Program-made: the position numbers and the translations under genes
Part shown: positions 11,960 through 21,702 of the stretch, piece by piece
Layout of the letters: every line of letters begins with the position of its first letter
Numbering within the stretch: position 1 is the first letter of the stretch
Source of the DNA: Azolla caroliniana
Taxonomy: Eukaryota; Plantae; Polypodiophyta
Assembly (NCBI GenBank): GCA_043228905.1
Contig: JBHGNT010000017.1
Location: 13,764,001-13,828,000, forward strand
Reading direction: 5' to 3'
DNA length: 64,000 bases
The notes under the pieces: model-generated
What the model was told of the DNA's origin: nothing
The model's input: the letters and a program-made list of their open reading frames with translations, nothing else
The model's database searches: none

Positions 11960-12900
11960 CCGAACAATGGCGGTAATCTAGGGCCGAATAGTGGCGGCAA
12001 CTGAGTGTAGAATTGCGGTAGTGGAGGAGTGAACTTCGTTTGATCGAACAAATTTGACAATCTAGGACTGAACAATGGCGGAAACTAAGTGTAGAAGGAT
12101 GGCAATGGAGGAGTGAATTCTGTCGGATCGAACAGTGGCAGATGGTGCTTGGAAAGCACAGTGACGAAAATTAAGAGTAGAATGGCAGCAGTGGAGAAGG
12201 AGTGAACTCCTTCGGATCGAAAAGTGGCAACAATACACCATTGAACAATAGCGGCAACTAAGTGTAGAATGATGGCAATGGATGAGTGAACTCCATCAAA
12301 TCGAACAGTGGCAGATGATGCTTGGAACGCACAGTGACGACAACTGAGAGTACAATGGCGGCAATGGAGGAGTGAACTCCCTCAGATCGAAAAGTGGTAG
12401 CAATACACGACCGAACAATTGTGGCAACTAAGTGTAGAATGATGGCAATGGATGACTGAACTCCATCAAATCGAAAAGTGGCAGCAATCCAGGACCAGTC
12501 ACCGAATAATAGCGGCAACTGAGTGTAGAATGATGGCAATAGAGGAGTGAACTCCGTCAGTTCGAACAATGGTAGATGATGCTTGGAACGCACAATGATG
12601 GCAACTGAGAGTAGAATGGCGGTAGTGGAGGAGTTAACTCCGTCGGATCAAAAAGTGGCAACAATATATGACCTTCACAGTAGCGGAAACTGAGTGTACA
12701 ATGGTGGTAATGGAGGAGTAAACTTGGCAGATGATGCTTGGACTGAACAGTGACGACAACCGAGTGTAGAATGGCGGCAATGGAGGAGTGAACTCCGTCG
12801 GATCGAACAATGGCAGATGATACTTTGACCACTCAGTGTTGGTAACTGAGTATTGGTAACTGAGTATAGAATGGCGGCTATGGAGGAGTGGACTCATAGG
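11960..12900. repeat. ~85-bp minisatellite, about 11 copies, with alternating subtypes
   Basis: The GAGTGAACTC core recurs at about 12027, 12111, 12200, 12284, 12370, 12454, 12545, 12631, 12716, 12786 and 12886. Confidence 0.9.
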
Positions 12901-13191
12901 GTTTAGCAACAGTGGAGTAATCTAAGCCAGAATACTCAACCAAAGATGGCCCACGTGATGTGGCAAAGGATCATGCATAATGGACCTAGGAATTTGGTAT
13001 ATCATTTATGGTGCACATATCAATTTATGTTGCACATTTATGGTGCTCATTTATATAATTAAAATCTCTACTATTTTCAATGGTAGCTTTTTGCATAGCT
13101 AATTTATTAATGGTAGCTTTTTGCAAAAATGACTATTTATCAATGGTAGTTTTTTGCATAGCTAATTGTTTCCACTCACATGCTTTCACCC

Positions 13192-13918
13192 ACATATATA
13201 CATACAATACATATGTACATATAGATACATATCACCACATACACGAACATAGACACACACATGGTCATACACACTATAGTAGTACATATATGCATACACA
13301 TACATACATTAGATATATACATACATATTATGCACATATTATAAACACACATCCAGACACATTAAATCATGTGCATTGACATATCCATATATGCATATAG
13401 GTACATACATACATATTCCACATATCACTATATATATATAGGTCATACAAGGTCATACAAGTTACAATACTTTCATACACACACACACACGCACGCACAC
13501 ATTAGATATACTTATGCTTACACATACATTGGATATATGCATGCATATTATGTGATATTGCAAACATACATCCATCTATGAGCCATACACATACTAAACA
13601 TGATAAATACACCGAAAATATACATTGCATATTACATGCATACATTGTAGAAGAGAAGGAAGAAGTAAAAGAGAAAGAAGAAGAAAGCAATGATGATATG
13701 GGATTCTCATTGTTTGATTAAAATTAATTAATTCAACTATTAGAGTAGAAGTAGTGTCTTTTTGTTTGCATTTTGTATTCGGCCTTTTCCACTTTATTGA
13801 GTCTAGTTGCTTAGAAAAAGTAGCTATTGGGAATTTATTTATAAGGGTTTTTTCTTCATGACATGGATGTATATATGTTTACATTTTGGAGTTATCAATA
13901 GTAAGTGAGTTGCTTTGG

Positions 13919-13961
<43 letters not shown>

Positions 13962-15589
13962 AAAAGAAAGCAAAGAGAGCAAGAGAGAAGGAGCCATGAG
14001 TGTGATCAACCTCTTCAAAGTGGCCCTCCTTTGGCAATGTGTGTGCATATTCATATGTGTGCATGTGTATTTGCATATATGTGGTTGTGTTTGTATGTGT
14101 CTATTTGTATGCATGTATGAATGCATGCACACATGCATTGGTAGCATTCCATCTCACGTTCTTTTTTTCCATGTTAATTTGTGTATTTGCTATTGTCATT
14201 TCATAGGCAAGAAGAGTTCTTTTGTTCTTGAGAAGCCTCATGGGGAGCTCACGATGACGGTGCTTTCTCTAGGAAGGACCATACCAAGTTCGATTCGAGT
14301 AATGCTACATTGTGAGGCAAGTTGTGAAGAGTATTGTTGCAGCAACAAGACTTGGTCGTCGTTGCATTGTCCCGTTATGTATTCTTCTTGTGATCTTGGT
14401 GGATGTTCAGCCTTGTTCTTCACTCATTGTGGCACGTTTTCTTCTTTTTCATGCAAATAAAGTCATGAGAAAAGATTGAACACTATTCTTCTTACGAGCT
14501 TAGTAGAAACCAAGTTTGGTTGTGCATATTGGTCAAGGAATGTATAATAGTTTAGGATAATGTATTCATTGTGTTTCCTTTTTATTCTTGAAATTGAAAC
14601 AAAATTATGAGAATTTTTTTTACTTCAGGAAACCCTAATCCCAATGATTTTTCACCTTAGATGATGGCTATCCACCTCGACCTTCACAAAGGCAGAAACC
14701 GATATATAAATCATTGCATGTGTTGTAATATATTACTTTCCTCTCATCTAATGAATTATTGTTTGTTTGAAACATTATTTGAACCATATGTATTTCATTA
14801 TTATAGCAAGTTGGTTTTGCATGTGTTTGTTTGTTGCAAACTATATAATCTAAGGAAAAGGTGTATTAGAAAGAGATGTTGTATTGCCAATAGTGTGATT
14901 GATATGTATGTAAAATGTGGCTTGACCCATGTAGCACATATATGCTTGATAAGCTTCACATATTGAATAGTCATATATTAATCTCTTCCTCGTTAAATAA
15001 TGTTGTGATGTGAGAAGTTATTGAGCATTTGAAGGAACTTCTTGTAGTGATGGGTTATTCATGATGATTGTTGATGAAATTTCATGAAGTTTAAATATAC
15101 AATAGCTATCAAACCAAATAATGGACTCTTGAGTCTTTATTAGTAGAAGAATATCTATGATTTAGGTGCAAATAGACACGAGCCCCTACACACATAACAC
15201 ATAGATACATACACACATGTCATACAACTAAGATATATCACACATACAATATAATACATACATAAATAAACATGGAATACAATACATACATGCAATGCAA
15301 TACATACATATGAACACACACATAACACATACATACATAAAATATATACAACATATGCAATGCAATATAATACATACATACACACATGTATAAAACATAC
15401 ATGTGTCTTCTATGTAAGGGCATTTAAAATGAGTTGTCAAAATATATATTGGTATTAAGGGGTATTTTTATTAACAGTGTTTTTATAGAAGGGTATCTAA
15501 AATAGTAAAAAACATACGTATAAGGGGTTTATAAAAGGTGTCACGAACGCACATGATATAACTTCTTTATATATAGTGGAGCCCCTGGG
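13192..15589. mobile_element. Part A of a non-autonomous DNA transposon (CCC...GGG termini, 8-bp TSD), rich in AT and microsatellites
   Basis: It ends in AGTGGAGCCCCTGGG (15575-15589), a 13/15 match to AGTGAAGCCCCCGGG (33958-33972). The flanking 8-mers GAGCAACG and GAACAACG lie inside copia gag. Confidence 0.62.
14850..14940 (+). pseudogene. Pentatricopeptide-repeat (PLS-type) gene fragment
   Basis: It reads GVLERDVV / ANSVIDMYVKCG across a frameshift, which is a typical PPR motif. A related copy lies inverted at about 29010-29200. Confidence 0.65.
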
Positions 15590-15975
15590 CGTTGCTCCTT
15601 GTTCGAACATGGTTTTCTTCGACCAACAACATGGATTGAAGATCGAAGAAGGAGGGCGGATTCTCCCGTGCTAATACGGCGGTCCTCATCGCGTCAAACT
15701 GTGGTGCAAGGCTACCGAGGCATATTTGCACCATCTCATCATCGTCCACATTGGCGCTTATCAAGCTGAGCGAGTCGCAAAGCTCCTTCATCTTCAAGGT
15801 GTAGCTCATGATGGGCATATCCCTTTGTTAGATGTTGTTCAACTCTTGGCGGAGTTGAAGCTTTCTCGCGGTTGTGTTGAGGGCGAAAATCTTTCGTAGA
15901 TTCTCCCACGCTTCCTTTGGCGTCTAGGCTTCTCGAATGTAGCCGAGCATGTGGTCGTGAACACATGTCGCCAAG
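15590..15975 (-). mobile_element. Copia gag fragment (5' part of copia C)
   Basis: It reads HDHMLGYIREA*TPKEAWENLRKIFA...ENPPSFFDLQSMLLVEENHVRTRSN and continues in frame into ASEGHMLY at 33973 onward. Confidence 0.85.
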
Positions 15976-16700
15976 CAAAAACATAATCACAACATTCCCA
16001 ATGAAAACTTCTTCAACACATTCTTCCTTTGCAAACTTGGTAACCATTACTTCCAATTCATCAATGCATAGACCAAATAGTGTTGGTGAGAGTGGGCATC
16101 CTTGCTTAACACCAATAGTGCTTTTGAAAAAATTTGAAAGTTTATCTCTCATGTGCACACAACATATAACCTTCTCATAAATTCGGGGAATTGCAAGCTA
16201 TATTCACTTGGCACCTCAAGTTCTTCCATTCGCCTCCAAAGATGCTCACGAGGTACCATATCAAAAGCTTTCTTGAAGTCTGCAAAGCAACAATATAAAC
16301 CTTTACCTCTAAGGCGACTTTCCTCCATTAATACTCAAAGGGTGACAAGGTGATCAATGGTGGTATGGTGTTTTCGAAAGCCAGCTTGTCCATAAGCTCT
16401 CTTACCCTTTTTTTCAACCCATACACTTATCTTTGATTCCATTATACATCCAAACAGTTTTGCCATTAATGAGCCAACCATGATGGTTCGATAGTTGTTT
16501 ACATTATTTACATCTCCACCTTTATGTAAAGGTTTGATCCAATTTGTAGTCCAATCATACGACATACCATGTTGCAATGCATCATTAAACATATCGCTTA
16601 TCCATACATGTGCTTCCTTTCCTGTCCATTTGAGCATTTCAGCCTTTATACATTGAAGATCACTTACCTTTCAAGAGGCCAATTTCTTAAGTCCTATGCA
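15976..16700 (-). mobile_element. Non-LTR retrotransposon (LINE) reverse transcriptase fragment
   Basis: Motifs include IKPLHKGGD...NNYRTI...QAGFR...FADFKKAFD...GVKQGCPLSPTLF. It is truncated just before the expected YADD motif. Confidence 0.9.
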
Positions 16701-16874
16701 TATATCTTCAATGTATAAAGGTTGAAATGCTCAATTTGTAGTCCAATCGTACGACATACCATGTTGCAATGCATCATTAAACATATCACTTATCCATAGA
16801 TGTGTTTCCTTTCCTATCCATGCATCATTAAACATATCGCTTATCCATATATGTGCTTCCTTTCCTGTCCATCC

Positions 16875-18240
16875 GGTCACTCACATGAGGTAACTCGGAA
16901 AGAAGACGGACTTATCACACATCCGGATATTCGGTGCGATAGCGTACGTGCACATTCCCGACGAGAAACGTCAAAAGCTTGATCCGAAGTCGGAGAAATG
17001 TATCCTCGTAGGATACTCATTGGAGCAAAAGGGGTACAAGTGCTACAACCCCGCAACTCGAAAATCTCGAGTAAGTCGAGACGTCGTTTTTTATGAGTCC
17101 GCATCTTGGTACACACCAGAGAAAACTTCACCTCCGACTCCGCTCGACCCGAAATCCTCCGAACAAGAGATCGAGGATGAAGATCGCCCTACGTGCATGA
17201 TCGAAGAAAGTCCGATCACGACCCGACTAAGCGGACCACAAGAGCCTTTGGGCGATCAAAGCACATCATGACCTAGCCCGAAGATGGACAAAGGCAAGGC
17301 GAAAATGTCGGAATACGAAGATGATCGCTTCAATGACAATGAGTCGACTCACTCACTCGACAGTGAGTTCAGCGGCTTCGATGTACCAATCGGAGCTAAG
17401 AAAGCCCTCATCTTTGCAAACGAGAAGCTCCGCCGATCCACCTATGAAAAGAACCCCGTAAGCCGATTCGGCTACAACGATTATTGTTACCCCGTACGAG
17501 ATGTACGGAGAGTCAATGTGATGAGTGAGGGTCAAATGTTATCATGATGATTGTTGTGTGTGTGTAGGGGGCATAAATGTAATTGTGAGTCGATACGTAT
17601 GTGAACACATGCACACGTGTGTGCATGTGGATGGATACGAGGAGGTGTGAGTGAGTGTCCAGTATGAATGCTCTAGGGGGCTTACACCCCTTTGTATCTA
17701 CCCCCTCTTGTACTATTTAACCCCTTATGGGGAATGAATGAATGAACGATCATTTTCTCTCTCAATCTCTCTCTCTTTGTCATCTCTCTTTCTCTCTCTC
17801 TCCCCCTCAACGTTGAATCCCCTTGGGAGGGGGGTGGAGCAATTCTAGGCACCACCCCCCACCCCGCAATGCTTCTCAATGATTCTCATCATCTTCATCT
17901 CAATCTCTCTCACCATCATACTCTCCACCATCTTCACTATTCCACCATTTCTATCTTCGTCATCGATAATCATCATTACCATTAACCCTAACCCTAAAAT
18001 ATTAACAATTATATGGCGTACCATTACGCCTTTATGATGAAGGTAGCAACAGTACGGGAGCCGAAAACATTCCCTGAAGCAGCCAAGGATCTGCGATGGA
18101 TCGAAGCCATGAACGAGGAGATGCAGGAACTACGAAAGAACAAGACGTGGGATCTCGTTCCCACCTCACCACACAAAAAGGCGATCGGATGCAGATGGAT
18201 TTACAAAGTGAAGTACAACGTCAACGGTTCCGTCAACCGC
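16875..18240 (+). mobile_element. Copia INT-linker-RT fragment (C-like family), interrupted by a solo LTR
   Basis: It reads HIPDEKRQKLDPKSEKCILVGYS...RFGYNDY|MAYHYAFM...WDLVP...IGCRWIYKVK and is homologous to 35450-36260. Confidence 0.9.
17485..18007. mobile_element. Solo LTR (523 bp) with 5-bp TSD ATTAT
   Basis: The termini are TGTTA...TAACA, with ATTAT at 17480-17484 and 18008-18012. Removing it restores the copia reading frame seen at about 36030. Confidence 0.9.
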
Positions 18241-18766
18241 TTTCTGTCAATCAGAAACACACCTGCTGCTACACCCCGATCTTTGAGACATCCTTGTTTG
18301 GGACTCCAACGACTTCACCCTATTCGATTTTTGGGAAAGATGAACATGCACCAAAGTTAAAGACAGTTATAAATTAGGAAAAAAAAAGTTTTTTTAATAT
18401 GTAATTGATACATACCTGGATGAGTTTTTGTGCTGTTGCGGGGGCTTCATCTGCGTTCATGCTCAGAGTACTCCATCTGTTTGGAGTTCGAACTCGAACT
18501 CAGGATTATCAAGAATTTGATGACATTCAAGTCGACCTTAGATGATGGCACTATTCCCCATGTTCCACTACGTCAGAAACCAAAGTTCAAATATTTGAGT
18601 ATTCTCATCAATTAAATGACATTTATTTAACTAATAAAACATAAAATTTCGTAAACCATCCTTATGATTTTCCCACAAAAAACTAGCGAAACAAATAGCT
18701 AATTAGCTATGGCCATTTTAGTAGCTAATTAGCTATAATAGTGTTTCCACTCGCATGCTTTCACCC
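18241..18766. mobile_element. Second end of the Sola2-like element: TIR, subterminal palindromes and an exon-like segment
   Basis: The TIR is at 18743-18766, with two TAGCTAATTAGCTA copies at about 18696-18736. A minus-strand exon-like stretch has a CAG|GTATGT donor near 18415. Confidence 0.65.
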
Positions 18767-19699
18767 ATTTATGTTTGTAAAATTTGTATATGTATGTATA
18801 TATGTGTAGCAATCTATGAATGAATATATGTATGTACATGTATGAATGTACGTATGTGTATATATGTAATCATAGAATGAACCATACGTATCACACGTGC
18901 ATTCGCATTTGAGAATGATTCAATCAAACGTGTATGGTAAATCATCTCAAAGTTGGATTGGATTGACTAGGGTCTATATTATATATTGATTTACACTCAA
19001 TCCTAATAAGTGGACTCTAATCCATTGTGAACCACCAACATAAGTATGGTTGCAATATTTGCAATATTTGCATTGTATTACATGTATACTTTTGGGATGC
19101 GAATCAAGACATCTCTATCCTCACTTTAGAACTTTACAAAAAAATGAGTATGAACTATAGAGATTGAATCAAAATATGTCATTATAAATTATAACCAAAC
19201 GTTCAAAAACTCATAAAACGTATATTCGAGAATATGAAGAAAACATAACGTAGGTAGTAGTAGCATAACAACTTACCACTCAAGTGACCTAATTTCTAAT
19301 AACAAAGAAAGAAAGAAAAGAAAGAAAAAGGAACATGACACTAACATAAAATTTTGCCATGACACTAACAAGAGGATATGAGTGAGTACCCAAGACACAA
19401 GTAATAGTAGCACAACAACTTACCACTAGGTTGTGCCTAGTTGTAACAATAAAACTATTATAACACTAACATAAAATTTTGCTATGACATGGTACTAATG
19501 AGAGAGAAAGACATGAGAAAATTGAGAATTGATCCCAAGACATAGACAACAATAGCATGACTCCTTACAACTAGGGTGAACTAAATTGTAATGACAACAA
19601 ATGAAAAAAATTTTAAAAAAAGGAGAATGTATTTTTCCCATTTCAAACGTGTTCGTTTCCAAACATTGGAATGCTTGCACGAACACGAATATTACGTTC

Positions 19700-20334
19700 T
19701 ATGTATGTAATGTATTATTTTTGGGATATTTTCATGTCTAGTATGTGTATGGATCGTATATGGATTTATGTTTTCAATACGTACATAATATGCAATCATA
19801 TATCCGATGTGTGTGTCTGTAAGTACGTATATATGTGTAGCAATATATGAAATTTGAATATATGTATGTACATGTATGAATGTATGTATGTGTATATATT
19901 TAATGTATTTATGTATGTATATTTTTGGGATATTTTCATGTCTAGTATGTGTATGGATAGTATATGGATTTATGTTTTCAATATGTACGTAATATGTAGT
20001 CATATATCCGATGTGTATGTATGTATGTACGTATATATGTGTAGGAATCTATGAATGAATATATGTATGTACATGTATGAATGTACGTATGTGTATATAT
20101 GTAATGTATTTATGTATGTATATTTTTTGGGATATTTTCATGTCTAATATGTGTATGGATCGTATATGGATTTATGTTTTCAATATGTACGTAATATGCA
20201 ATCATATATCCGATGTGTGTGTATGTATGTATGTATGTATGTATGTATGTATGTATGTATGTATGTATGTATGTATGTATGTATGTATATATGTAAGTAT
20301 TGTAGGTTGTATGGTTCCATATAACCTATACCTA

Positions 20335-20372
<38 letters not shown>

Positions 20373-20410
20373 TATATGTATATACCTATATATATAGGTA
20401 TGTATGTATG

Positions 20411-20441
<31 letters not shown>

Positions 20442-20490
20442 GTATTGTAGGTTGTATGGTTCCATATAACCTATACCTATATATATATAT
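19700..20490. repeat. ~203-bp tandem repeat (about 3 units) followed by (GTAT)n and (TA)n microsatellites
   Basis: TTTTTGGGATATTTTCATGTCTA recurs at about 19717, 19922 and 20123. Confidence 0.85.
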
Positions 20491-20936
20491 GGCGATATGT
20501 GGAATATTTATGTATATCATATATGTATATACATATATGTAATGCAGTGTATGTAAATTTGTATATTGTGTAATATGAATGGATTATATGATATGTAATA
20601 TGTAATTTTTATGCATGTATTCATTGTTGTTAAAAAACGCGTACTTTATAGATAGAGTACGTTTTAGAATACCCACATGTATTCTAAATGTATTCAACCA
20701 TTTGGAATTGTCATTTTTTCTAAGCCTAAATTTGTCAATAATTTAAAAATTAATTTTCTAGGGTTTTTTTTAGTAGAGAAAAAGAAAATAATTATGTAAA
20801 TATTGAAGCACCATTTATCCATGGGCAATAAGGATAATTGGTATTTACTATATAGTATTCAAATTCCAAGTATCTTTGCATTCAACATCAATGGTGTTCA
20901 AGTATTCGATGTATTCAACATATTCAACAACCTATT

Positions 20937-21652
20937 TGTTATGTAGATAGTCCCTCCTTTTCGAGGGAGTCGGCTGGCCGAAATCGATTGGGAAGCCGAC
21001 TCTGAAATCGGTTGAGAAGCCGAAATGAGTCGGCTGACCGAAATCGGTCGAAAACCAAAATGGTATTTCGGTCGAATGGGAGTCAGCCTAATAGAACTTC
21101 GGAGATGTATATGAGATGAGCTAGTATATATATAGGAAGTGTCGAACTAGCTGCGTTTGTGTGTGGGATAACTCACTAAGAGTAAAAACTGTGAGAAAAA
21201 GCGTGAAAGTATACTTAAGTGAAAAAGCCAGCGTGTGAGTTGTATAAGTATATATATTGCAAGAGAATAGCGAGACAAAGAATGACTAAGAGTAAAACAC
21301 AGTAGTGGTTGTGCGAGTGCCATAGCTCAGAAGCTGAGCGTAAGAGGAAACAAAGGAAGAAGAATATAATAGAAAGAAAAGGAAAAGACAAGTCAAAAGA
21401 GATAGACACCTACGGGTTAGGGTTTGGTGCACTCAGCTGAAATTGTGGTTTCAGAGTGCAACCATACCAAATCAGGTTCTATCATTCTGTGTTTGTATTT
21501 CGTTTATCTCATAGTGGAAATTTCCTGTTCCCGTGGTTTTTCCCTGAAATCAAGGTTTTCCACATAAATCGTGTGTTACTTGTTTTACTTCTGATTGTGT
21601 CTAATTCTATTTGTAACTTCCGTCTGAGTAGAAATCATAAAACTATTCAACG
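20937..21652 (+). mobile_element. Probable solo LTR
   Basis: It starts TGTT, has a TATA tract, and contains the U5-like CCGTGGTTTTTCCC...GGTTTTCCAC seen in other LTRs here. The end is degenerate (CAACG) and the TSD-like flanks are CTATT and TTATT. Confidence 0.6.
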
Positions 21653-21702
21653 TTATTGTGCCTTTCGGCTCCATATCGTTGCGTGAGTCAGGTGGGAACC
21701 AC

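Larger units (their letters stand above)
7320..13191 (-). mobile_element. Sola-type (probably Sola2) DNA transposon: transposase-proximal part, with TIR at 13168-13191
   Basis: It contains DDD transposase motifs. The terminus reads GGGTGAAAGCATG(T/C)GAGTGGAAAC on the minus strand, and a 23/24-identical copy lies at 18743-18766. GRG...CYC termini are what I recall for Sola2. Confidence 0.7.

Noticed and set aside
12258-12909. Pro-rich repetitive ORFs (PLFDPTEFTPPLPPFY)
   Set aside because: Repeat unit lengths of 84-91 nt shift the frame, so these are translations of a minisatellite.
13080-14147. His/Tyr/Thr- or Cys/Met/Val-rich ORFs (also at 15155-15440, 19692-20465 and 33215-33812)
   Set aside because: They are artefacts of ACAT/GTAT/GA microsatellites.
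14661-14966. Intact host PPR gene
   Set aside because: Only one frameshifted motif is present, inside transposon sequence, with no extended PPR array.
17983-17999. AACCCTAACCCTAAA telomere-like motif (also at about 31753)
   Set aside because: Only about 2 units are present. This is telobox-level occurrence, not an interstitial telomere array.
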